The notes: generated by a model not told the origin, from the sequence alone. Shown: positions 26,224-35,980, counted from the stretch's first letter. The stretch is DNA of 64,000 nucleotides from an uncultured Bacteroidia bacterium (GCA_902784785.1 CACZWF010000003.1:2129-66128), one strand, 5' to 3'. Program-made: numbers and translations.

Positions 26224-27198
26224 ATGGAAATCTTGAAATTTGCCCCGCTGCTGATGAGCCTGGTCTGGGGCGGCGAGAAAATCGCACCGTACAAGGGCGT
26301 GGAAACCGCTCAGAAAAACATCGGAGAAAGCTGGGAAATCAGCGCAGTTCCGGGCAAGGAAACGCTGGTGTCAGAAGGCCGTTATGCCGGAAGAAGCATC
26401 ACTTCGCTGGCGGAGGAATTCAAAGGCGCTCTGCTGGGAGAAAAGGTCTATGCGGCCACCGGCGCGCAATTCCCACTGTTGATTAAATTCATCGACGCGA
26501 AGGCGGACCTTTCCATTCAGGTGCATCCCAACGACGCGTTGGCGGCGGTTCGTCACAACGGTTCCAAAGGCAAGACCGAAATGTGGTATGTCGTGGACGC
26601 GGACAAGGACGCGCACCTGCTGTCCGGCCTTTCGCAAGCCATCACCCCGGCGGAATACGAACGCAGGGTGGCGGACGACAGCATCACCGAGGTGCTGGCC
26701 CGTTATAATGTGGCTCCCGGCGACGTGTTCTTCCTGCCTGCCGGCCGCATCCACGCGATTTGCTCGGGCTGTTTCATCGCGGAGATTCAGCAGACCTCCG
26801 ACATCACCTACCGCATCTATGACTACGGCCGCCTCGGTCTGGACGGAAAGCCGCGTCAGCTGCATACCGAGCAAGCCAAAGATGCTATCGACTATACGGT
26901 CTATCCGGATTACCGGACGGCTTATGCCCCGGCTTTGAATCAGGAGGTCAAGTTGGTGAGCTGCCCGTATTTCACGACTTCTCTGTGGGACTTGAATCAG
27001 TCAGTTCGCAAGGATTTGAGTGGCTTGGATTCTTTCGTGGTGGTGATGTGTCTGGCCGGCGAGGCGACGCTCGCGACGGAAGAGTCGCAGGTGATCGTCC
27101 GCCAGGGCGAAACGGTCCTCGTGCCCGCCACCGCCCAATTTCTTTCCCTCACCCCCTCCACTCCTTCGGCCAAACTCCTGACCTCTTGTATTGAGTAG
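26224..27198 (+). CDS. manA: Mannose-6-phosphate isomerase, type I
   Basis: VWGGEKI, GESWEIS, FPLLIKFIDA..LSIQVHP, GKTEMWY, PAGRIHA, EIQQTSDITYR. Confidence 0.93.
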   Translation: MEILKFAPLLMSLVWGGEKIAPYKGVETAQKNIGESWEISAVPGKETLVSEGRYAGRSITSLAEEFKGALLGEKVYAATGAQFPLLIKFIDAKADLSIQVHPNDALAAVRHNGSKGKTEMWYVVDADKDAHLLSGLSQAITPAEYERRVADDSITEVLARYNVAPGDVFFLPAGRIHAICSGCFIAEIQQTSDITYRIYDYGRLGLDGKPRQLHTEQAKDAIDYTVYPDYRTAYAPALNQEVKLVSCPYFTTSLWDLNQSVRKDLSGLDSFVVVMCLAGEATLATEESQVIVRQGETVLVPATAQFLSLTPSTPSAKLLTSCIE

Positions 27199-27224
27199 CA
27201 TTTCTGCATCTAACCTGAAAAACA

Positions 27225-27923
27225 ATGCCTGAAGTCTTAAAAATCTTGATTGCGGCGGTATTGCCCGCCTTCGTGCTCATTTATTATATTTATAGGAAAG
27301 ACAAATACCAGCGGGAACCGGTCCGTCAATTGCTGAAAGCCTTTGGCTACGGCATTCTTTCCGTGTTCATCGTGCTTTGGGTTTTTGGCCCCGCCATTTC
27401 AATGGTGACCATTGCGGATCCTACCACGGCTTTCGGCGCTTTTTGGAATGCTTTTCTAACAGCCGGTCTGCCTGAGGAAGTTGCCAAACTCTTCTGTCTC
27501 TGGCTGTTTCTGAGAAAGAATCCTTATTTTGACGAATATATTGACGGCATCGTCTATGCGGTCTGCGTCGGGATGGGGTTCGCCGCATTTGAGAATATAG
27601 GCTATCTCTTTTCCAATGTGGAAGCCTGGCGCGAAATTGGTTTGTTGCGTGCCATCCTGTCCATCCCCGGTCACTTCTTCTTTGCCGTCACAATGGGGTA
27701 TTTCTACTCTAAAGCGGTATTTGGAAACCCCGGCGGCCGCGTGTGGAATTTCGCCCTCGCCCTGCTTGTTCCCGTCCTGCTGCACGGCCTGTTCGACGCT
27801 CTTCTGATGACCTCGGATGCTGTCGGAGGCTCGACTTCCGCCATCGCGCTGTTCGTCGGCCTGTGGTTTTATATGTTCTCCACCAGCAAGAAACGTATTC
27901 GGGAACATTTGGGAAACAGTTGA
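27225..27923 (+). CDS. PrsW family intramembrane metalloprotease
   Basis: PEEVAK, GMGFAAFEN, PGH and LHGLFD motifs in a polytopic membrane protein. Confidence 0.9.
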   Translation: MPEVLKILIAAVLPAFVLIYYIYRKDKYQREPVRQLLKAFGYGILSVFIVLWVFGPAISMVTIADPTTAFGAFWNAFLTAGLPEEVAKLFCLWLFLRKNPYFDEYIDGIVYAVCVGMGFAAFENIGYLFSNVEAWREIGLLRAILSIPGHFFFAVTMGYFYSKAVFGNPGGRVWNFALALLVPVLLHGLFDALLMTSDAVGGSTSAIALFVGLWFYMFSTSKKRIREHLGNS

Positions 27924-27998
27924 AAAAAATTGGCGGAATTTTTAAAAATTTGTATCTTCGCGGATTGTTAGAAACAATCCTCAAAAAGGTTTCGTTTT

Positions 27999-28562
27999 AT
28001 GATAGAAAAAGCCAAAGAATTGATTGAAGGCGCGAAGACCAAAATGGCCGGCGCTGTGCATTTCCTCGAAGAAGATTTGAAAACCTACCGGGCCGGCAAA
28101 GCCAACCCGATGGTGTTCAACAATGTGCTCGTGGATTATTATGGTTCGATGATGCCCATCGCGCAGGTGGCTTCCATCACCGTTCCCGACGCCAAGACCA
28201 TTGCCATCCAGCCGTGGGAAAAGAAGATGATTCCCGTCATCGAGAAAGCCATTATGGACGCCAACATCGGCTTCACCCCGCAGAACAATGGTGAGACCAT
28301 CCGCTGCAATGTTCCGCCCCTCACCGAGGAAAGACGCAAAGAGTTGATCAAGAAAGCCCGTGCGGCTGGAGAGAATGCCAAAGTGGTCGTACGCAATGCC
28401 CGTCGTGACGTGATCGAGGCCCTCAAGAAATTGCAGAAAGAAGGTCTTCCTGAAGATGTCGAAAAAGATCAGGAAGCCGCCGCTCAGAAAGAAACGGACG
28501 CCGCCGTCAAAAAAATTGACGAACTGATTGCTGCCAAAGAAAAAGATATTCTGACGGTATGA
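27999..28562 (+). CDS. frr: Ribosome recycling factor
   Basis: RAGKANP, VDYYG, IQPWEK, PPLTEERRKEL, RNARRD. Confidence 0.97.
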   Translation: MIEKAKELIEGAKTKMAGAVHFLEEDLKTYRAGKANPMVFNNVLVDYYGSMMPIAQVASITVPDAKTIAIQPWEKKMIPVIEKAIMDANIGFTPQNNGETIRCNVPPLTEERRKELIKKARAAGENAKVVVRNARRDVIEALKKLQKEGLPEDVEKDQEAAAQKETDAAVKKIDELIAAKEKDILTV

Positions 28563-29422
28563 GTTCCTGGGGGACGGTCGGTCTGATTGGTACAGGTCTT
28601 ATCGGAGGCTCGATGGCCCTCGATATACGGACTTGCCACTTTGCCGACACGCTTCTCGGAACAGATAAAAACGCTGACAATGCGGCCGCGGCCCTGCGAT
28701 TGGGGATAGTGGACCGCATTGTTTCGTTAGAGGAACTGGTCGCCCAAAGCGATCTCATCCTTCTTTCCATCCCCGCCTCCGCCTCCGCAGCCCTGCTGCC
28801 GGAGATTTTGGACCGCATTGCGGCCAGGGCATCCCTTCCCGTTGTGCTCGACGTGTGCTCCGTCAAGCAGCCTCTCGTCGACGCCGTCCGCAACCACCCC
28901 CTCCGAGGCCGTTTCGTCGCCGGTCATCCGATGTCCGGCACCGAATACTCCGGCCCCCGGGCCGCCCGCAAAGGCCTGTTTGAAGGCAAAGCCGGCATTA
29001 TCTGCGACGCGCAGGATTCCGATGCCGACGCGCTGGCCTGCGTCGAGGCTCTGTACGACGCCCTCAAGATGCGTACCGTGCAGATGAGCGCCGCCCAGCA
29101 CGATATCCACACGGCCTATGTCTCCCACCTGTCCCACGTGATTTCCTTCTCCTTGGCCCTCACGGTCCTCGACAAGGAGAAAGACGACAAGCATATTTTC
29201 GACCTGGCTTCCGGCGGTTTTTCTTCCACCGCACGCCTGGCCAAGAGCAACGCCGATATGTGGGTGCCCATTTTTGAAAACAACCGAGAAAACCTTCTTC
29301 CCGTCATCGACGCGTACAGCGATTATCTCGCCCAGTTCCGTTCCGCCATCGCTTCGGCCAACGGCCCGAAACTCCGCTCGTTGATAGAAGATGCCAACCG
29401 AATCCAAAAAATTATTCAATAA
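28559..29422 (+). CDS. tyrA: Prephenate dehydrogenase
   Basis: GTGLIGGS Rossmann motif, GHPMSGTE, HD..AYVSHLSH, GGFSSTARLAKS. Confidence 0.92.
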   Translation: MSSWGTVGLIGTGLIGGSMALDIRTCHFADTLLGTDKNADNAAAALRLGIVDRIVSLEELVAQSDLILLSIPASASAALLPEILDRIAARASLPVVLDVCSVKQPLVDAVRNHPLRGRFVAGHPMSGTEYSGPRAARKGLFEGKAGIICDAQDSDADALACVEALYDALKMRTVQMSAAQHDIHTAYVSHLSHVISFSLALTVLDKEKDDKHIFDLASGGFSSTARLAKSNADMWVPIFENNRENLLPVIDAYSDYLAQFRSAIASANGPKLRSLIEDANRIQKIIQ

Positions 29423-29423
29423 A

Positions 29424-29966
29424 ATGACTGACAAAGAAAAACTGAAAGCTCATCTGAGAACGATTCCCGATTACCCCATCAAAGGAATTGTCTTTTTTGA
29501 TGTCACCACCTTGTTCAAGGATGCCGAGTGCCTGAAAATCCTCGTGGACGACCTCTACGAACACTACAAAGACAAAGGCATCACCAAGGTCGTGGGTGTG
29601 GAGTCCCGGGGCTACATCGCCGGCGCCGCCCTCGCCTTGCGTCTGGGTGCCGGTTTCATTATGGCCCGCAAGCCGGGCAAACTGCCTGCGGAGAAACTTT
29701 CCGAGTCCTACCAAAAGGAATATGGCAAGGATTCCATCGAGATTCACGCCGACGCCATCACCAATGACGACGTAGTGCTGATTCACGACGACCTGCTCGC
29801 CACCGGCGGCACCGTCTCGGCCACCTACCGCCTAGTCAACCGCTTCCATCCCAAAGCCATCTATATGAGTTTCAATATCGACCTGACGGATGTGCCCAAG
29901 ATCGACATCTATCCCAAGGATGCCGAGACCTACAGCATTCTCAGTCTCACCGAACACGATGCATAA
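29424..29966 (+). CDS. apt: Adenine phosphoribosyltransferase
   Basis: IPDYPIKGIVFFDVT, GVESRG, ARKPGKLP, PRPP loop HDDLLATGGT. Confidence 0.95.
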   Translation: MTDKEKLKAHLRTIPDYPIKGIVFFDVTTLFKDAECLKILVDDLYEHYKDKGITKVVGVESRGYIAGAALALRLGAGFIMARKPGKLPAEKLSESYQKEYGKDSIEIHADAITNDDVVLIHDDLLATGGTVSATYRLVNRFHPKAIYMSFNIDLTDVPKIDIYPKDAETYSILSLTEHDA

Positions 29967-29998
29967 TTTTTTATTAATCCTTAATACTTTTTTTTATT

Positions 29999-30850
29999 AT
30001 GAAAAAAACTATTCTTTCCCTGATTGCGGTTCTTACCCTTTCAGTGTCGGCTTTTGCTGCTGACGGCGAAGCCCCCAAAACCATGTTCAATGGTTCCACC
30101 AACATCCAGTTGTTCTATGACCTCGGCGTAGACCGCAACTATGTGACTACGACCATAGAAGGTTTCTACAGTGATCCTTGGGGAAACACCTTCTTCTTTG
30201 TTGACCATGACTTCCCTGTAAAAGGTGATGCTTCCAAATCTCCGTCGGGTACCTATTGGGAGATTGCCCGTTGCTTGAATTTCTGGCAGAACTCCGCAGT
30301 CAAGGACCTCAGTGTTCAAGTCGAGTATAATGGCGGCGTGTATAATGGTTTTGGAATCAATCACGCGTTCCTCGCCGGTTTGGACTATTTCCTTCACAGC
30401 AGCGACTACAAGAACTGCTTCAACTTTAAACTCCTTTATAAACACATTCTTTATCCGACGGGAAATTGGGGTAAGGTTGATGCTATGGGACTCCCCGTTG
30501 TGGAAGATAACCATCAGACTATGGTCCCTCTCCAGTTTACCTTCGTGTGGGGTATGCAGGATCTCTTCGGTGCTCCGGGCCTTCGCTTCAGCGGTTTCCT
30601 TGATTTCTGGGGTGAAGATCATTTCGTGCATCCAATCAAGAAATTGGATGATGGCACCTGGGGACAATGTGGAGCGGATGAACTCTCCCATTTTGTCCTG
30701 ATTTCCGAGCCTCAGATTTGGTATGCTGTCGGCCAGCACTTTGGTTGCCCGAACCTCAATATCGGTGGTGAGGTCGAACTTGCTTGGAGCTTTGGCGGTA
30801 TCAAGAACTTCATGGCCCGTCCTTGCCTCGGTGTCAAATGGGTATTCTAA
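29999..30850 (+). CDS. DUF5020-family outer membrane protein (Tsx-like nucleoside channel candidate)
   Basis: Signal peptide; NIQLFYD..TTTIE..DPWGNTFFFVD, YWEIAR, SEPQIWY motifs; C-terminal F; lies between apt and an NCS2 permease. Confidence 0.75.
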   Translation: MKKTILSLIAVLTLSVSAFAADGEAPKTMFNGSTNIQLFYDLGVDRNYVTTTIEGFYSDPWGNTFFFVDHDFPVKGDASKSPSGTYWEIARCLNFWQNSAVKDLSVQVEYNGGVYNGFGINHAFLAGLDYFLHSSDYKNCFNFKLLYKHILYPTGNWGKVDAMGLPVVEDNHQTMVPLQFTFVWGMQDLFGAPGLRFSGFLDFWGEDHFVHPIKKLDDGTWGQCGADELSHFVLISEPQIWYAVGQHFGCPNLNIGGEVELAWSFGGIKNFMARPCLGVKWVF

Positions 30851-30875
30851 AACCTAAACCTTTTATAATATTATT

Positions 30876-32321
30876 ATGAACAAATTTCTCGCAAAAGCCT
30901 TTGGCTTTGACCCGATGAAGAACGATATCCGCACCGAGATTATCGCGGGTATCACCACCTTCCTCACGATGGCCTACATCCTGGCCGTCAACCCGATGAT
31001 TTTCGGCGCCCTCGGCACGATGCCCGTCGGTTCCGTTTTCACCGCTACCGCGCTGGCCGCCATCATCGCTACCCTCGTGATGGCCATCTATGCCAAGAAA
31101 CCCTTCGCGCTGGCTCCGGGTATGGGCCTGAACGCCTTCTTCGTCTTTACCGTCTGTTTCGGCATGGGATACCCTTGGCAGTTCGCCCTCACCGCTGTCC
31201 TCATTGAAGGTATCATCTTTATCATCTTGTCCGTCACCAAGGTCCGTTCCTGGATTCTCAACGCCGTTCCCGTGTCATTGAAACACGCCATCGGCGCCGG
31301 TATCGGTCTCTTCATCGCCTTCATCGGCCTGCAGAGCGCCGGCATTATCGTGGACAATCCCGCCACCCTCGTAGGTTTGGGTAAACTCACCGAAGGCAAA
31401 GCCCTTCTGGCCGTCATCGGCTTGGTGATTTCCTGCACCCTCGTGATGTTGCACATCCGCGGCGGTATCCTCCTCGGTATCCTCGCCACGGCCATCATCG
31501 GTATGTTTATCAAGGACCCTGCTACCGGTGCGGCACTCACCCAGTTTACGGGTGTTGTGAAGACCCCCGACAGCGTGGAGCCCATCTTCTGTCAGTTTGT
31601 CGGCTGGGACCAGATTTTCACCATCGATATGGTGGTCGTCGTGTTCACCTTCCTCTTCATCGACATGTTCGATACGATGGGTACGGTGGTCGGCGTGGCT
31701 GCGAAAGCCGGTTTGATCGATGAAAAAGGCAACATCCAGGACGCTGAGAAGGTCTTTATGGCTGATGCGGTCGGTACCGTTTGCGGCGCTTGCCTCGGTA
31801 CCTCCACCACTACGACCTACGTTGAAAGTGCAGCGGGTGTCGGTGCCGGTGGCCGTACGGGTCTCACCGCTTTTGTCGCGGCGATCTGCTTCGTCATCGC
31901 CCTCTTCTTCTCCCCGGTCTTCCTCGCCATCCCCGGCGCCGCTACGGCTCCCTCCCTCATTATCGTGGGTATGATGATGATGAACCCGGTCACGGAAGTC
32001 AACTGGCTCAACTACCGCGAGAGCATCCCTGCTTTCCTCTGCCTCATCCTGATGCCCCTTTCCTACAGCATCTCTGATGGTATCCTCATCGGTGTCATCG
32101 CTTATGTGGTGCTCTATGCCCTCTCCGGCAAGTTCAAAGAAATCAGCCCGATGATGTGGATTCTCGCTGCCCTCTTTATCTGCAAATATGTTTTTCTGGC
32201 TGACCCCGCCGCTTTGAAGAAAGCCCGTGAAGCCAAGGAAGCCGAGCAAGCCGTGGTCGTCGAGGAAGTGGTCGAACAGGAAGTTATCGCTGTTCCCGCC
32301 GACACCCTCGTCGTCGAGTAA
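30876..32321 (+). CDS. NCS2 family (AzgA-like) purine permease
   Basis: TEIIAGITTFLTMAYILAVNP, APGMGLNAFF, DMFDTMGT, TTTYVESAAGVGAGGRTGL. Confidence 0.93.
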   Translation: MNKFLAKAFGFDPMKNDIRTEIIAGITTFLTMAYILAVNPMIFGALGTMPVGSVFTATALAAIIATLVMAIYAKKPFALAPGMGLNAFFVFTVCFGMGYPWQFALTAVLIEGIIFIILSVTKVRSWILNAVPVSLKHAIGAGIGLFIAFIGLQSAGIIVDNPATLVGLGKLTEGKALLAVIGLVISCTLVMLHIRGGILLGILATAIIGMFIKDPATGAALTQFTGVVKTPDSVEPIFCQFVGWDQIFTIDMVVVVFTFLFIDMFDTMGTVVGVAAKAGLIDEKGNIQDAEKVFMADAVGTVCGACLGTSTTTTYVESAAGVGAGGRTGLTAFVAAICFVIALFFSPVFLAIPGAATAPSLIIVGMMMMNPVTEVNWLNYRESIPAFLCLILMPLSYSISDGILIGVIAYVVLYALSGKFKEISPMMWILAALFICKYVFLADPAALKKAREAKEAEQAVVVEEVVEQEVIAVPADTLVVE

Positions 32322-32350
32322 TTGACTTTACAAACTACATACTGATTCCG

Positions 32351-32420
32351 CTGGAGCGACTCTCGTAGCCGCTCCAGTTGTTTTACATTAAGGAGGTCGA
32401 CAAAATAGGTCGGCCTCTTT
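32351..32420 (+). terminator. Two consecutive hairpins downstream of the purine permease
   Basis: ctggagcg/cgctccag stem at 32351-32377; gaggtcgac/gtcggcctc stem at 32393-32417 followed by a T-run. Confidence 0.6.
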
Positions 32421-32534
32421 GACTGTTTTCCAACCTTCGCCCGGTCGGCTGTTGCCTCTTCGAGGACTCCGCTCACATTGCTGTTTGCCCCCCCCGCAAT
32501 ATCCTTGTGTATTTCCCTTCTGCGGCCCCGAGTT

Positions 32535-32614
32535 CTCCCACCATCATTCGCGTCATGCCCGGCCTCGAGCCCTCCCATCATCTTTCGCGTCGTGCCCGGC
32601 CACGACCGGGCATC
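32535..32614. repeat. Tandem ~37-nt duplication ending in a REP-like palindrome (gtgcccggccacgaccgggcat)
   Basis: ctcccaccatcattcgcgtcatgcccggcctcgagc followed by ctcccatcatctttcgcgtcgtgcccggccacgacc and gggcatc. Confidence 0.55.
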
Positions 32615-32857
32615 TGTTGCATTCCTTCTTTTCGTTCCCAGTCTCGGTTCGGAAGGGTAGACCGGCGACACTTTCCCTTCCGTTCTGGTAGACGGTTTTG
32701 TTTATTGAAGATATAGTAGTAACTTTGTCAAGCCGTCCTCTTTGAGGTATGACTGACGACTGGGGATCTGTACATCCCCTTGGCTTTTATTTAGGTGGCA
32801 GAGATGGCTGGGAAGGAAGATGGTTATTTTTGATGAATCTTGTAAGATATTTGAGAT

Positions 32858-33757
32858 ATGACTATAGGAAATATTATTGATGCGTTGGAGCGCTTTTCTC
32901 CCTTGGCGTGGCAGGAAGAGTATGACAACAGCGGCCTGCAGGTCGGACTTTTTGATGAGACGGGCTTGCCGTTGGGACGCGATGCCGTGGTCACGGGTGT
33001 GCTTGTCTGCCTGGACATCACCGAAGCCGTCATCGACGAAGCCGCCGCACGCGGCTGCAACTTGGTCGTCTCGCATCATCCGCTGATTTTCCGTCCGCTC
33101 AAAAATGTCAGCGGCGTCACCTATCAGCAACGTTGCGTCGCCAAAGCCCTGCGCCTCGGCATCGCCCTGTATGCCGCCCACACCAACCTCGACAACGCCC
33201 CCGGCGGCGTCTCCTGGGAAATGGCCTCCCGCCTCGGGCTTCAGGAAGTTCGTCCTCTTGTCCCCCTCGCCGCTGCCCCCGCTTCCGCTACGCCCTCCAC
33301 TTCTACAACCCTCGTTTCCGCTACATCCTCCGCTTCTGCAGCCCCCGCCGCTTGCCCATCGGCCTTTCCCGGCAGCGGCGTGATCGGTGTCTTGCCACAA
33401 CCTGTCCCTGCCGAAGACTTTGTCCGCACCCTCGCGGCCGTATTCAACGCGCCCCACCTCCGCTATTGCCTGCCTTCCAGCCCGCTCATCCGTACCGTGG
33501 CCCTCTGCGGCGGCAGCGGCGGAGAATACATCCCCGACGCCATCGCCGCCGGAGCCGACTGCTATGTCACCGGCGAAATTCGCTACCACGATTACTTCGA
33601 AGCCGAAGGCCGTATGCTCGTCGCCCTCGGCCACTACGAAAGCGAGCAATACACGATGGATTTGCTCTTCCGCAAACTTCATGAAATAATCTCTTCCGAA
33701 CAGAATACCCCTGTCCTCAAGACCACCCTCGACACCAATCCCCTGAAAGGTTTGTAG
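32858..33757 (+). CDS. Nif3-like dinuclear metal center hexameric protein (YbgI/YqfO family)
   Basis: YDNSGLQVG, VSHHPLIF, YAAHTNLD, GGSGG, VTGEIRYHD, LGHYESEQ; contains a low-complexity A/S/T/P insert. Confidence 0.93.
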   Translation: MTIGNIIDALERFSPLAWQEEYDNSGLQVGLFDETGLPLGRDAVVTGVLVCLDITEAVIDEAAARGCNLVVSHHPLIFRPLKNVSGVTYQQRCVAKALRLGIALYAAHTNLDNAPGGVSWEMASRLGLQEVRPLVPLAAAPASATPSTSTTLVSATSSASAAPAACPSAFPGSGVIGVLPQPVPAEDFVRTLAAVFNAPHLRYCLPSSPLIRTVALCGGSGGEYIPDAIAAGADCYVTGEIRYHDYFEAEGRMLVALGHYESEQYTMDLLFRKLHEIISSEQNTPVLKTTLDTNPLKGL

Positions 33758-33777
33758 AATAGTACCTCGAAAGTTGG

Positions 33778-33870
33778 GTGTGCCCGGTCCCCGTCCGGAA
33801 AAGGGGACTGGACACAGTTTTCCGGGGTTTTCGTGCCCGGTCCCCATTCAGAAATAGGGACCGGACACAC
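33778..33870. repeat. Two REP-like imperfect palindromes upstream of the RAYT gene
   Basis: gtgtgcccggtccccgtccggaaaaggggactggacac (33778-33815) and gtgcccggtccccattcagaaatagggaccggacacac (33833-33870). Confidence 0.8.
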
Positions 33871-33991
33871 TTGTAGCGTGTGTCGCCGAATTTCTCTTGC
33901 GAAGAATGAGGATAATCTTACCTTGACATTAAAAGGATATTTAATATCTTTGCACTTGCCGGGCTGAAATTTTTAATCGTATGGGATTATT

Positions 33992-34840
33992 ATGCAATTC
34001 TGGCTTGTAACAACGGATCATCTTACCGATAGATTGTGGTTCAAAGATGATGAGGATTTCAGAACGGGGATGAACATCCCGCCCTTGCTGGCGGCATCTA
34101 TGCCAGTGAACATCCTCTCTTTCATTTTAATGTCTAACCACGTTCATTTCGTTCTTTCTTGTTCACAGCACGATGCAGAAACTTTTATCAATCGCTTCAA
34201 GAAACTGTATTCCCAACGCTATTCCAAGAAGTATGGCTCCCAATCGCTTCTGCTCAATAACGGCATCGATATCCGTGAACTCTTTTTGGACGGGGAGTCC
34301 TTGGAGAAAGGTATCGCCTATGTTCAAATGAATTGCGTCGGAGCCAATATCTCTTTAAATCCGGCGGATTATCCCTGGGGAACCGGGAATGTATTCTTCC
34401 GTATTCAAACCCCCAAGGGAATCTGTGTCGGGGATATGGGTGTCAGAGAGTTGCGACGGTATGTGCACAGCAGATTGTCTCTTCCAGGATCTTATGTGAT
34501 AATTGACGACGGATTTGTTGATCCGGCATCCTATGTCAATGTGGCATTCGTTGAATCTTTATTCCGAACACCGAAGCGGATGAATTATTTCCTTCAAAAT
34601 TCCTCCAAAGCGAAACTTGTCCGTGAGGCTCCGTCTTTTGGTGATCAGATGGTTCTTTCTGGAATGAAAAGCCTGTGCCTATCCCTATTTAGAAAACAGA
34701 ATATTTCCGACCTGCTGGAGTCGGAACTGTCAGAACTTCTGAAACAAATCCGCTATCGTTTTTCGGCAGACCCGGGGCAGATTGCCCGCGTTTCGGGAAT
34801 CTCCTATGAAATGGTCTGCCGTCTTTTAGATTCCATCTGA
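33992..34840 (+). mobile_element. REP-associated tyrosine transposase (RAYT / Y1_Tnp HUH family) with C-terminal HTH-like extension
   Basis: HUH motif FILMSNHVHF, catalytic-Tyr region AYVQMN, DYPWGT; flanked by REP-like palindromes; AT-richer than neighbours. Confidence 0.8.
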
Positions 34841-35090
34841 TCCCCACCATCGGCACCGCCGCCGGGGATATACGCCCTCCGGCGACTACAGATCGGTGGA
34901 GAAGGCTCTCCTCGCTCCCGACCGTTGCCGTTGTCATCCTACTTTTTGTCCACATGACCCGAATCTGTTGCTATAATCAGATTTGTAAAGTCAATAAGAT
35001 GTTATATCTTTGTTGACCTGGAAATCCCGGGTGTACATATTGATATTAACTTTCCGCACTGGCGCCCCTGCGGAGCAAAACACAAAGTTT

Positions 35091-35921
35091 ATGAAAAAAG
35101 TATTACTATTCTTTCTTCTGCCTGTCCTTCTGACTGCTTGTTTGGGGACACATCATTTGACGATTACCCCGTCAGTTTCTTTAAACCAAGGCAATTTTAA
35201 GTATGTGAGACCCGTTTCGGCGAAGGAACAATCTGTTTATATTTTGGGCATAGGAGGTATGTCGAGTGAACAGCAAACTGCAAATGCGTATAACAGTTTA
35301 ATAAAAGAGGCCTGGTTGCGTCCCAATCAAGCGGTCGCCAATGTGTCTTATCGGACTAGCATTCGGCGCTATTTCCCTTTCGGTATTTTCTGTACCGAAG
35401 TAACCACGGTTGCCAGCGGATGGGTCGTCGAATTCTTGCCAGAGTGCTCGGATGGAGTGGTCCAAGCCGGGAATGAGGAAAGAATAGATTCTATTGTTCA
35501 TTCAGAAATTCCCTTGATGGAACCTCAAATCCCTCATGAATCTCCTTCGGCTAATTCTGCGAGCCATCAGATTTACGTGAAAAAAGGGAAAATTAGCGAC
35601 TGGGCACTGATTGAAGCAGAGACTCGAGATAATTATACTGTTGTTACGCTTAATTTAAAATTGAATCAGAAAGGGGCGTTTTGGATTCCTAATTCTGTTT
35701 GTCTGGACTGGGGATCGGGAAAGGCTGCACCAGTCAGGATTAAGATAAAGAATGAAGTCTGGAAAGCAGAGAGGGATGTAGATCTTGATGAAAAGATTAG
35801 TGGAAAATCAGGAGAACAATATCAAGTAACTTTATTTTTTGAAAAACTCCCCGAACAAGTTCAACAATTCAATTTTGTTATACCCGACTTTATCAGTTGG
35901 GAAGGAATCACCGTCAAATAG
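35091..35921 (+). CDS. Uncharacterised lipoprotein (DUF6567-like N-domain)
   Basis: Lipobox LTAC; LNQGNFKYV..YILGIGG..NQAVANV pattern; AT-rich. Confidence 0.65.
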   Translation: MKKVLLFFLLPVLLTACLGTHHLTITPSVSLNQGNFKYVRPVSAKEQSVYILGIGGMSSEQQTANAYNSLIKEAWLRPNQAVANVSYRTSIRRYFPFGIFCTEVTTVASGWVVEFLPECSDGVVQAGNEERIDSIVHSEIPLMEPQIPHESPSANSASHQIYVKKGKISDWALIEAETRDNYTVVTLNLKLNQKGAFWIPNSVCLDWGSGKAAPVRIKIKNEVWKAERDVDLDEKISGKSGEQYQVTLFFEKLPEQVQQFNFVIPDFISWEGITVK

Positions 35922-35940
35922 TCTTCGTTATTCTTGGGCG

Positions 35941-35980
35941 GTGTGCCCGGTCCCCGTCAGGAAATGGGGACTGGACACAC
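35941..35980. repeat. Third REP-like palindrome of the same family
   Basis: gtgtgcccggtccccgtcaggaaatggggactggacacac, near-identical to 33778-33815. Confidence 0.8.

Noticed and set aside
33778-35980. The palindromic repeats as a CRISPR array
   Set aside because: Only three copies, irregular spacing (17 nt and ~2 kb), no cas genes; REP-like structure next to a RAYT
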